Part shown: piece after piece, positions 14,188 to 27,300 of the stretch | Layout of the letters: each line of letters opens with the position of its first letter | How positions within the stretch are numbered: position 1 is the stretch's first letter | Notes under the pieces: model-generated | Seen by the model: only the letters and a program-made list of their open reading frames with translations | The model's database searches: none | What the model was told of the DNA's origin: nothing | Origin: Octopus bimaculoides | Lineage: Eukaryota | NCBI RefSeq assembly: GCF_001194135.2 | Contig: NC_068981.1 | Coordinates: 155,168,971-155,232,970, forward strand | Direction of reading: 5' to 3' | Length of the DNA stretch: 64,000 bases | Translations under genes and position numbers: made by a program

Positions 14188-14492
14188 ACAGTTTTATTAT
14201 TTATTTATTTAATCTATATAAACATTAGTGTACAGCTAGTAAGCCATGACAGGGAAGGGTGTATTGTAGCCCTTATATAAGAAACAGAAACAAAAAGATG
14301 TAGAGAATAGCTAAATTTTTTTTGAAGCTTCCATGAATTGGAAGCTTTTACATTGGAGCAAATTACACTATGGTTTGAGTAGTCTCCACAAGAGTATAAA
14401 ATGGTGATTCCATACAATAATACAAAAATGTTCAAGAGATATTTTAAAAATTCCAATAAAACTATATAAAAAACAATAAAAGTGATTACTTA

Positions 14493-14939
<447 letters not shown>

Positions 14940-15387
14940 TCAAATTAACTTCTCACCTCAGATTTTTCTTTTCTTAACAAGGCTACACAAGACTAATTTA
15001 ACAACATACCTACCTTGGACAAGTCCCTCACTTATCAATTTTATGTAAATATTCTGTATAACATTAAGCTCAAGTCATGACAATGTTATAACCAAAATAC
15101 ATATAGGGTATAGCATGGACAATGAACTCAAAAATAAGATGGTTATGATGTTTGTAAGGGAATTAGAAATGTAGAGAGGAACATATAGAGTAAATGAATA
15201 AGGAAGATTAATTAAAAGTTAATACAAACTAAGAGTCTCACATTAAAAATTAAACAATGAGAACTTCAGAAAATATCAGGTTACACCTGAAAACATGAAC
15301 AGAGAAGTTATTTTGCTGAATCTTCCAACCTGAACAAGAGCCAACAAAGGAATGTGTGGCAGCTCAACTTGCTTAAGAGAAAAATCT

Positions 15388-15587
15388 CCCTTTAGCATTC
15401 AGATTATTTATTCAAAAGTAATGTTTAGTTATTCACAATGTTTTGAATTAAGCAAGAATTATCTTGTAGCTTCCAGATTTCGATGATGTGACCGTTTATT
15501 TTTACAATGACATTAGGGTAGGTGTGACAGACCAGCTCAAGTTGGTTTCAAAATAAAACCGGTAGAATAGTTCAGCCTAGTAAAGGG
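15388..15587. mobile_element. piggyBac-like MITE (family also at 18320-18541, about 55100-55311 and 58778-58997)
   Basis: Starts ccctttagcatt and ends taaaggg|ttaa. The internal body (gatttcgatgatgtg..tttattttt) is shared with the other copies. Confidence 0.7.
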
Positions 15588-16273
15588 TTAAGACACATCT
15601 TACAATCTTCAATAAGGAAAGACATAATGAGCAAATATCACCATAGATACAGTTTCTGAACCAAAGAAAAATGGTCACTGGTGTATTGCTTTTGATAGCA
15701 GACCAACTTGAACAAAACTAATCTAGAGCTAAACAAGATCATGAAACACTGGATGAAAGAATATTTCTCTGAAAAAGTTTATCCAGTGAAATATTAGTAA
15801 ACTTCAAATTTTTAATTCCAAATTTGTAAATATTTTCTATCAATTACAGGGATTTGAAAATTAAATTAACAAGTTTAAACTATGTATATTTAAATAACTC
15901 CCTCTCATGTTCTGACATCCACTTCCTTCATCCATAAAACTTCTCACTGCACACTACCTCTGACTTTCTTTTATCAGGACAGTGCCTCTCACTCTCATAC
16001 AAAAGGTAGATGTCTGAAAGATCAGATTCTCCATTCTGCACAGCAACTGAACTCTTCTGGGAACTGAGTAAAATTGTTGTTGAAGCAAATCACCACCTGC
16101 TTCCAAGGACTAGATTTTATAAATTTCATAAAAAAAAAATTTTTTTAAGTGACACTTTTGACATGAGAAAAACTTTTAGTTACAAAATTACTGCATAGCT
16201 TTAGTAAACAAGCTGTATATTCATCCCTCAATCTCAGTTTCTCTCTAATATAATATATATATATATACATATA

Positions 16274-16357
16274 CTTTATTTAAAAGCAGCAGAATATAAC
16301 AAAAGACTGTTACTCGGAGTTAGTCTTTTGTTATATTTCTGCTGCTTTTAAATAAAG
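16274..16357. repeat. Near-perfect inverted repeat (35/36-bp arms, 13-nt loop), probably part of a dispersed element extending to about 16430
   Basis: ctttatttaaaagcagcagaatataacaaaagact pairs with agtcttttgttatatttctgctgcttttaaataaag, with a single 1-nt bulge. Confidence 0.9.
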
Positions 16358-17439
16358 CATATTAATCTACCTCTGGTATTTGAGTACTCTTTTTTCCACC
16401 TTGTTGCACATTTTATGTGCTTACTCTGGTATATATATATATATATATATATATTTGTATAAACATACACCATATGCACTCTTCTTTAATGAGGCAGTAC
16501 TCAGTGTGTAATAAGGATCTTAAGTTATTACAAACTTTATTAGAAATATCACACTATAGCTATTTCAATAACATTTGACAAAAACACTTCATTGAAACAG
16601 GGGTAATGTGGTAGGTCTTATAAAAACTGCATGTATATATGTAACAACAAAATGATACTAAATGTGAAATAATTCAAGAGAAGGAGTTGTCTCAAAATTA
16701 AGGATCAACAAATTTCATGTGGGGTTATTTCTATTTCCTTACAAATTATCCTAATTCTAGAGATATCCATTTGGGAATTTTTTAAGCACACATTTAAATT
16801 TCCTTATAGTGCACAGTTGGCCTCTCTCCAACTTGACACTAATTTGGATCTGTTTTTCCCCACCTACTTCTTAAGACCATATTGAAGGTGTATTGAAACA
16901 AAACAACAAAAAAAGCATACACAGTACCAGAAAGTCTAAGTTGAGAGTATATTGCATGGGGAGGTTGGCTAGGCATCTCTTAGGGATAGACATTTTTTTC
17001 TTAAAAAAGTTGTTCTTAACCATTAATTACTTAACCAAACAAAATTGTCTAACTCATTTATCATAAGGTCATCTCCAGAACTACTTTGTCAATATATTCA
17101 CATCTTGAGCAAAGTAAAACTAACTTAGCCATATTAACACTCATCCAATCCTTCCCTCCATCCTATTCAATGTAGGAAGATATTCCTGAAATACTCCACC
17201 TCCCACACAACCTAACTCTCTAAAGAAGAATGTAAGGGGAAAGCATAATACAGTAGTAGCTGTAAAGAAATATCAAGACGATATTTTGACCCCCAATGTT
17301 TATAGATAAAAATACACTAACTATAAAAATAGAACAAAATAGAAGCTGAAATCATCAGTTCATGCTGAGGTACCACTTTGAAGGGAAACTAGTACTTTGT
17401 TTTTAAACTAACATCAGATGTCAAGTGATGATTAGGGAC

Positions 17440-17630
17440 AAACAACACAGACACACACACACACACAAATAAATACATATAAAAAGCTTCTTTCAGTTTC
17501 ATCTACCAAATCCACTCACAAGGTTTTGGTTGGCCTAGGGCTACAATAAAAAACACTTGCTGAAGCCGCTACACAGAGGGACTGAAACCAACACCAATGG
17601 TTGAGTAGTAAGCTTCTTAACCAGAGTCAC
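17440..17630 (-). mobile_element. tRNA-derived SINE (family A, 5' part)
   Basis: ttctttcagtttc.tctaccaaatccactcacaagg..ttggttggcct matches the family A consensus on the minus strand. Confidence 0.75.
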
Positions 17631-18319
17631 ACATGGACTCTCAAATCTGATTCTATTCTTCAAAAACTGCTATAGTAAACAAAAGTGTGACCAGAAAGAG
17701 AATAACTTCCAGCAAAAGCAAAATAAATGTTTGAATACATAAATATTTAGGCTTTATAGATATATGATAAATAAATAAAAACATTTAACAGTGTGAAGGG
17801 AGGGTTAAATTTGTATTCTGCAAAAGCTATCAATTACTCTTATATGATACTCCCAAGTAAAAGCTAATTCTTTTTTTCATTTTCAAACCAGAAAGATCCT
17901 AACATCACAGAAGAATCTCATTTAAATTTCACACGAACCATGCATATTTAGGGATGTTCTATCTTTTTCTTTTTAAAAATCAAAATCAGTATTGGAAACT
18001 AAATTGCATGATTTTCTATTTTCAAAGCAATTCATCCTGCATGTCTATGCTTATGTGTGCACAAGCTATTTTCAATATTGTCTATAGTAATTATGCTAAG
18101 TCATCCATTTTTCAGTTAATTGCGTGTTGTAGTAACAAGTGTCTATTGCTTCATTCTCTTCTTAGCACTGTTCCTAACTGAATGAACATAGCTTTATAGC
18201 AGAATATACTCCAACTACAACCTTCATTTTGGAAGTTTGTTCTCAGTTATCTGTATTTTATCAAACTTCTAAGGGTGCTAAACCAAAGAACTGTCATTAT
18301 TCTCTATAGTCATTTTTAA

Positions 18320-18541
18320 CCCATCAGTATTTAAACAGGTCATATCCAACCCAAATATGTTACCTGTTTTATGTTCTAACCACTCAGATCCAACCTATCA
18401 CACTTACCCTTCAATGCCATTTTAAAAATATATACAATTGCATCATCAAAATTTCGAAGCTACAAAATAATGCATAACTAATTAAAAAGAATTTGAATGA
18501 AAAAGAATTACATTTGGCAGAATAATCTGAATACTAAAGGG
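18320..18541. mobile_element. piggyBac-like MITE with TTAA on both sides
   Basis: ttaa|ccc...ggg|ttaa termini. The body is the reverse complement of the 15388 and 58778 copies. Confidence 0.75.
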
Positions 18542-19028
18542 TTAAATTACATGCTCCCTTATTCCTTTATCTTGAGAGTAAGCCTAATCAATAATAGATT
18601 GGTTCCTCTTAGAATTCAGTATACCTGATACATACAAGTTACTTCTAATAAGAGAGATAAACAGCAGAAAATAGAAGCCAGTAAGATGTTAAAATACATT
18701 CACTTAAGCAAATATCTGTTGTGCAAGTTATAAAAAAAAACTGACATTCAAAAGAAGACTAAAATATAAATATGGAACTATAAATATTTCAATTATAATG
18801 AAATATATAAACACACACTGCAAATAAAAATACTAGCAAAAAGAAAAAAAAATCTACATTCGATGAAATTTCTATTAAAACCTTTTTACCCTATTTAGTT
18901 ACTTAGTTTTTCATCTACAACTAAAAAACACTAATCGATAAACTTTTTAACCTAATCCTGAATTAAAAACAGCTTATAAAATCCCAATGGTTCTTCCTCA
19001 CCTACATCAGAGTTGTTTGTTTAAGGCA

Positions 19029-19104
19029 GTCTAAGCAATCAACTCATGAAAGGGGCTTTTACAACTGTCTAAGCAATCAACTCATGAAGGGGGCTTTTAC
19101 AGCT
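19029..19104. repeat. Tandem duplication of a 38-bp unit
   Basis: gtctaagcaatcaactcatgaa(a/g)ggggcttttaca(a/g)ct occurs twice with 2 mismatches. Confidence 0.9.
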
Positions 19105-19439
19105 TGTAGCAAAATTTACTAATCCAGTAATGCTGTTTTATTACTAATCCAATAACTATGATTCATTTACACACTAGGAGATAAGTCAGAATTTCCCAAT
19201 TCTTTTCAGCCACTCTCTTCTTGTAGCCTGGAAACTTTAAGAGTTTGATATCAAATCAATCATACAGAAAGCATGCTTTATATTAATTAAAACTCTGACA
19301 CACAAAGATATCTATTGTTCATTATCTAAATTGTAGATAAAGAAAAATACATTTAAAAATTTGATACATTCTCCCACATAAAATATAAATTGGCTACACA
19401 AATTGCAAGATCAATGACTTTAGAAATATATAATTTTAG

Positions 19440-19850
19440 TGTGTATGTGTGTGTACCCACACACATGCATATGACTGTGTAGTTAGTAAGTTTGTTTCCC
19501 AACCAGTTTGGATTTGGGGTCCAATCCCATAGAGTGGAATCTTCGACAAGTACCTTCCACTATAGGCCTTGGCTGCCCCAAACCTAGTAAATGAATTTGA
19601 TAGACAGAAACTAAAAGCCCATCGTATATTCATATACAGGTGTATATTGGTCTTGTCTTGACATTGCACGATAATTACAAACAAACATCATTGTCATTCC
19701 AGCAATATCCCTCCATGGGGTAACATTGTTTTGCTTATAAACAGCTGAGGGTTGACAACAGGAAGGGCATCTGGCCATAGAAAATTGTTCTCAATGAATT
19801 CTTCCTGAACCAGGCAAGCATAAAAAAGTGGGTATTAAAATGATGATATA
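19440..19850 (+). mobile_element. Family A SINE 5' part followed by a SINE tail fragment
   Basis: tgactgtgtagttagtaagtttgtttcccaacc...caagtaccttccactatag, then ggaagggcatctggccatagaaaa...aaaagtgggtattaaaatgatgat. Confidence 0.7.
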
Positions 19851-21336
19851 AAGAGACAATCTAATTCACAGAAATACAAAACTGTAAACTGAAGCTTTTC
19901 AAAATTCTATTTGAGAATAGGAAAATCTCAATTTAAAATTATCTTGCAAACAATTTTTTTTTTCTAATTTGATATCTCCATAGTTGTTTATGTTTTAGAG
20001 AAGATACTCTTTCAAAGATCTTTTATTAATAGTCTTTAGAATTTATTGTTGAAATTATTTTTAGTTAAAACTAAAGCATGAGAACTTAATCAGGCAATTA
20101 GCTTTTGTAAAATAATTTTTAAATTGTAGCCTCTATACCTTTTGCAAGAAATTCATAAAAATATGTTGAAGAATAAAAAGCAAAATGTTTAAGAGAGATA
20201 ATCATTAATTTATTTAGACTAATCTATATATACAAGAAAAAAAAAATGAATAAGATTATTATCATTATCTTTTGATAACTGAAATCCAGGGACTAATGAG
20301 CTAGATTGGAAAACATTCATGCAAATACTAATTTTTTCTAAAACCTCAAAAAGTACAAAGAACACAATTCACAAAATAAAGACTAAAAATGTTTTTAAAA
20401 CTCATTGAAATTTATCAAATACCACATCTAAAATATTAAATACTATAATCTAAAATATACTATGATGAGATACTTATAAAATTTAGTTTGGAATATTCAA
20501 TAGATAACAAAAATAAAATGGCAATTTGATAAATGTTTAGAAAGAAATATTTGAAGTAAAACTAGAAAAATACTTAGTAGATTACTGATGCAGAGAAAAC
20601 AGAAGGATATTATTGGCTGCATCTTTTTACAGCATTAGATATGTCAAGTAGAATAACATCACTAAGAAAATTATCACTTTATCAATAGCCAGTTAAATTA
20701 CTAACCATTCAGTTGATAACTATTATATAAAAATTAATAGTAAATAAACACAAACAGTATGTATAAGAATGTATAAGTAAAACAGAAATAAAATGCAGAA
20801 ATGTTACTCTCTTGAATCTAAACAAGTCTGAGTTGAAGCATCTAAAATTATCTTCAACAAAATATTCTAAAAACAATCAAAATATGCTGCTGAGGAAAAG
20901 AGTGAGTGAAAAGTAGAATGCAGTGAAAGTGACAGAATGGCTGACTGAATCACCTGAGAAATGTAAATTAGCTGAGTCAACTACTTAAAAAGAAAATAGC
21001 TGTCACAAAATTTCAGTAAAAGCAGCATAAAAGAAATGTAAGAGTAAACTTGAAATAAATCCAAAATTGGGAGAAAAAAATATCAAGTTTGATTTCAAAC
21101 AAATCTGCATGTTCAAACTTCCAGGAAGTCAAAACACAAGAGACATGAACACACACAATTAGAAAAAAACTTATAAAGTATATACTATCTCACAACTCGA
21201 GATAATTAGGGAAGATGAAAGAATTTTTAATACAAATAAAAGCAAAACTATAAAGAAGATTCATGTTGGAAATAATAAAACTAATAACTGAAAGAAAAAA
21301 AAAAAAGATACAGAGAACAGCAATTATGCTGCTTAC

Positions 21337-21397
21337 CAGGAATAGAGTTATTAGTTGTCTCATAGCCAGCCCTAGCACCATTCCCTATCAGCCACAT
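21337..21397 (-). CDS. RXR: Candidate third alternative RXR first coding exon (MWLIGNGARAGYETTNNSIP)
   Basis: accATG context, 20 open codons, then CCT G|gtaagc, a phase-1 donor. An in-frame TAA lies 5 codons upstream. The exon sits in a locally less AT-rich stretch (about 21330-21720) of intron 1. Confidence 0.5.
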
Positions 21398-24300
21398 GGT
21401 AGAAGTTGTTTATCAGCAGTAATGCTGCTGCTGCCTTTAACAAAATATACAATTCAGATGAGTTTCAATTAGTGAATGAGGAGGACCACTGAAGGAGAAC
21501 CTAATCAATGTAGAACAAATAGAAAAAAAAATGGGCCCAGCTGACATTTTGCTGGCATTTCCACCAGCATTCAAAAACAGAAAAAGGAAAACAAAAACGA
21601 AAAAGTAGAGACGTAGTGGAGATGTAGCAACTGATGCTAGTTGTATGGAAGGTGAGAAGTAACTCTAACTAGTGTGAGAGAAAGTTGTAACAGTGCCAGT
21701 GAAAGATAGCTTGCCACTTCCAGGGAATTATATTCAAAATGTAAAGCTCAAATATTTACATACTTGGGAAATTGCTTTTAAAGATCTATAGTTTCTGTAA
21801 AAGAGTATCACTCATACAAACTATCTTCCTTTCTATGTTCAGAAAATCACATATACAAGCTGTCTCTTAGCTTCAACATTCAGCAGAAGATTTGCAGTGT
21901 AGCTAGTCTCTTACAAAAGCCTTAAGAAATATCACATAGGAAAAAGATAAAGTAGATAACATTTGACTGGCCAGAAAACAATACAATTTAGAGATAAAAA
22001 CAACTGAAGAATTTTGGATAAAAGACAGTAAAAAGAGAATATTCAGAGATGAAAAAAATTTCAAGTTGTCTTTCAGTTATTTAACATCAAAAAAGAGTAA
22101 GCAATCATAAATTGTTATCATTCATCAGAAGATATCTGGAGAGAATTGTGTAATGACTATAAAAATATACTTTTGCTCACATTTAGATAGAATTTTAAAG
22201 CACAATTTCAAGAATTTTCCTCTATTGACAAGTTACATGTGGGAATAATTAAATCAAGAATTTCTAGATGGAGCTGATATTACAATTAGAATTTAAGAAC
22301 AAAAGAAAAAAAGATTTTTTTAAAATCTATATTACATGATAAAAACTATTTACTACTCAATTTCATTCTCTAATTTGAGGAGATTAGACAAAATAGGAAA
22401 GCAAAATTCCAGTCAGTTTGAAGTCTCTAGGGTATTTTTACTCATGGGTGAAGGAAGGAATATTGGTAAAATAACCAAAGGTTTTTTTTTCATTTTTTTC
22501 TCTCCCATTAAGAAAATTTTACCTCCAGCAATGAGATACTGAAAACAATGGTATAAAAGTGATTAATGAAGAAGCTATGAAAAAATTATATCATTTTTCT
22601 CCCCTTTCCCATATGAGAAACTGTCTTGTTTCATTGTAATATTGTTGAAAGCTATTCCAGTGTTTCATGATTAGTTCTCAAACAGAAAGCTTTTAACAAT
22701 AAACAGTGGAGTTAACAGAACTAAGACAATAAGGGAGGAAAAAATGACCAGGACAGAGAGCTCATTAATGGAATATTTGGAATCCTTGTGAATTGCTTAT
22801 AGATTAATAAAGTAGCTAAACAACTAGAAAAGAGAAAAGGTCTCTAAAACTGTTTAACCCAATAGAGAGAGAAAAAAAAAGCTAATATCTTGGAGAAATT
22901 TCATAAAGGGATGATTTATTAAAGCTTTCACTAGCTTTAATAAATCAGCACTTGTAATTTACAGCTACTTTTGATAAGGTTAGTCAATGAAAAAAGAAAT
23001 AACCTTGGATTCTTAATAAGAATACAATGTATTAAAATTATTTGAGAAATTCTAATATAGTTAAAATTTCAAATATCTATGATCAAGACATTTCATTTTA
23101 GTAAAATAGACTTAACATTTGATAAGCTATCATCTGCATGCTAGTTTACCAGAATATCTCACTCAGCATGCAGCTTGTCCATGACAGCTACAGCATAAAA
23201 GACACATTTTAAGTCAAGCCTTCACTAACAGCAAGCAAACTAGGTTCTCAGCAATGAGCTGAATATAGAATTCTTAAATGTTTGATGCTATCTTAACAAC
23301 ATGTAGAGCGTTGCTGCTGACAATTATTACAACATCCATTTTCATTCACTATTTTTTTTTTTAAATCCTTTACCTTTACAAGCAGTTCAAATAGAATTGG
23401 AGAGAAACATAATTATCATCTAGGCTTACTTGTTTTTGTAATTATATCCAGCTGTCTAGCTAGAACTGTATTTAGATCCAAACAATACACGATTAAAACC
23501 TAAAACTATTTACTTCAGATATATTTATCACATCATTCAGTTTTTCTTTTTCTTCCTCAAAATCTTTCTTTTTATACACATGCTCAAAAAGTAAAGAAAT
23601 TCCAGTCAACACAAATAGTTTACCTTAAATGATTCTAATCAGTGCCAGCACTAAAAATACTGATAGACTAAAATATTCTCAACATACATTAGGTTGCCAA
23701 GGTAGGAAAATTTAACTACCATTGATCTTGTAGTGAATTAAGGCCATATCAATACAGCCCACCACTGTTTGCATATTCTATACTTTGGTATTTTATACTC
23801 TGAACAAAAGTGTTTTTTTTTTTAACCTTCTTTTACTGATGCTTATAGGTCATATCTACTAATAGATGGATCTTTACCACAACTAGGTCATCTGGATACT
23901 GAAGAACCAGGCTCTTTTTTGTGTGCAGCCACTATTTAAAAATAAATCTAATACAAAACAACTAAGTTTATTTAGAGAAGCATATGAATTAAGAAAAATT
24001 TGTTTACGTATTAAAAAAAAAAATGCAAAAGAAACTGCATGGATTATGCATCCTAATAAACAATGTTGCCAACACAAATCCATTAAAAACTATGAATAGA
24101 TGTATATCATTTATATCTATAATTAGCAGTTGATTTATTGGAGCTAAAGAGACTTCCAAATTATATCGATTTGTTCACTGTTCCACTTATATGAAAAATT
24201 TAAAAACTAATAAATGATTAGACTACACATTCATGTCAAAAATAAATAGAATTACACATTTAGTAAAAGATTAATTTATATTCTTAAGAAATCTTCAGAA

Positions 24301-27300
24301 ACAACTTGAAAAAATATTCTCAACAATGTATTAGATATGAACCCAATCCCACTCCCTCTGTAATAGGATAATTATAATTTCTTTAACTTGCAGCAAACAC
24401 AAGATTATTGATTGAAATGAAAAAAAATTCTTTATTCGTTAATAGAACAAAAGATCTACAGAGAAAGAAAACAGAAACTAAAATCTAAATAATACTTTAT
24501 TATAGAACACAGGAAGTATATTGAATGAACCAAGATGAACAAATCTTTTACTGACTTCAATTATTGAACTCTGGCCATGCTAGGGTACTACCTTCAAGAA
24601 TTTTAGTTTGTATGAAACCTAGTACAGTGGTACTTATTAATAGAAAAAGAGAGCAAGGTAAATTTGACCGGGTCAAAAAAGATATGAATACTGCAAAGAG
24701 AAGGTGGCAGTGATTCTGCCAACTTTTCCTTTTATATGCACACAAACCCACACAGGTGCTTGTTACACTGTGAGATTAAACCCAGAACCCACCTTGCAAT
24801 TGTGAATCACTTCTTAGCAACACAGCCATGTCTGTCCGCATTTATAGGATTTTTATTTTTTGTTTGTTTTTTGAACAACCAATACTATACCATTTTTAGA
24901 AACAGTCAAAACAAGCAGCAACATTGAGGTTAGTTAATAAGATAGAATTTATTGTTCTATTTTGACAAATCTTTAAGTAATACATTACCACCTTGTAACT
25001 ATAAAGATATATTAAGCAATTACTGAAGCAATTATTGCTCCACAATATCAGATGCAACTCAAAGCCAACCCTCTTCTAATTATTAATGTACACGCTATTT
25101 TTTTCAGAAGATTATGGTAAACGAAAAAGTCATTTTGAATGACATAGCAGCAAAAACATTTGCAATAAACATTTCTACAAAATACATTTCAATATCTATT
25201 GAACAAAAAAGAATGTCAGAATTGATAGCTATGTCATTTTTATAAAATTGTTAATTTTCTTCGTACAAAAATGTTGAGCTAACATTTATATCTAAGCTAG
25301 TTTATCAGACTGGACAAAAGAGTATCTGAAGAAATATTTTCAAAATACAAATACTTGATAACATGAGATGAAGAGATTTATTTATCTTTTTTAAAGTTTC
25401 ATGTGATTTTGGTGAAGGGAAAGATATTTGAAACATAGCTGAAATATAATTAAGAAAAAAACATGTTCAATATTTGCCCGCCCACTAATCTATTACTGAT
25501 AAAGGATCTTGGTAAATTTCTTCATACCACTTGAAGTTTTCCAAATTTTCACAAGATCCAATAAATACTATCTTAATTAAAGTTTCTCAATCAAATAACA
25601 GAAACTGTAAGAAAACGTGGGACTTTCATCCCATTTACAAAATACACCACACAAACATGTGCGTATGCACACACAGAAACATATACGTACACATACAAAT
25701 AAATACACACATACACACACTATACATAAGCATTAAATTGTTCATTCAGTTTTTTTTAGTGTAAGGTGATGGCAAAATATAGTTTTTTTGAGCTAATTTT
25801 TAAAACACCAGTACTATCAGAAAGTGTAAAGCACAAGCACTCTTGAAGAAAAAGAAATCAGGAAAAAAAATGATCAGAAACAACTTTAAAAAACAAATTT
25901 TTAAACTTCTCCATAAACATTAAACATACATACAAAAATATAAATTTGTAAAAACATTCAAATGCTGTATTTAGTTTTGCTTTACGTTCATTTTTAACTC
26001 ACACTAAAATGTGGTTCATTAAAGTCAAACTTGAAAACAAAACCTGACCATAAATTGTTATTACATCACCTTTGGCTTTATTTTAGTCTAACCTTTGGTA
26101 TATTGATTGAGCCCCTCCCTAATCAATCCTGTGATTATTTTTAAAACGCAAGTGATTAAGTATCAAACACTTTTCTTTAATCAATATAAGTTGATATTAA
26201 CACATTGTTGCATCATGAAATCCTGCTTTGAGATAAACTAAATATACAAAACTTAAACTTATCTAAAAAGTAGAAAAGATTGACAATTTTGCAAATACAT
26301 TTACATAATCTAGCTTCTTGATAGTTCTTATTTTTTTAGCGTACATTTGACCGTATGAAACTACTCGATTCAGAGACACAATGTCAATGACCAGGCTTGA
26401 AGTTTCTAGTCATCCACCTTTCATAACAGTTTAGCTAACCCATAATATCTGACGACCAAGTAAATACAGCTTGAACTCTTCTATTCATATTTGTACTGCT
26501 GTTTCTTTATTCAGCCTATTGATTCAATTCTATAACAAGTTTCTGCTCTCGTGGAGATTGATTACAGTAGATTCATCCATAGATCGAATATCAGTGCCGC
26601 TTTAATATCTTCCTCCCATGCCTACCGCTTGCGCTGAAAATAACGTGATAGCTTTTAACAAATTTGATAATCAGGTCAGATTAGGCTGACTCAGGTGTCT
26701 CCTCAACATGCTGACATTCGCCAATTATACAAGATACATACTGGATGCTGCATACTGAACGGTCTTCGTAATAATAATAAAATAAAAAATAAGATAATAG
26801 TATAATTTTTTTTAATCTCTACGAATGAAATTTCATGAAAATACACTTTGATAATGATTTGTTCTTATTTAATTTCTTAGTAACGAGATCTAATGAAACG
26901 TCTCTAGTTCTGCATAATTTAAAATGTTCATTTCGGGAACATTCTTGGTGTTTCGTTGAGAGACTTAAAAGAATCGTCTAAGTCTAGAGAACCTGTGAAC
27001 ACCATTATCTTTACATCATTAACATCTCTAGAATCTAGATATTTGTAACAATGTTAAGTTACTATTGAATAAATTAAAATAATGTTCTTCCACATCAAAG
27101 TATTCTTAAAACTCCACGACGGCCATCATGAGATTAATTCTCTACTTGAAATAATAGCATCTGCAAGCAAAATCTTCGTGTGTCTGCGGTGGGGAACAGA
27201 ATATCATGTAATTTAAATCCATGAGAAAATCTTAAAATGCAGATTTGGGGTGGGGGGAGGGTATATTTGTTTTTGTTTTTGGTTTTTTTAAATAAATCAA

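Noticed and set aside
15010-15060. Strong donor CAAG|gtaggt about 100 nt upstream of exon 2
   Set aside because: I found no ATG in the compatible frame nearby and no good acceptor, so it is likely cryptic.
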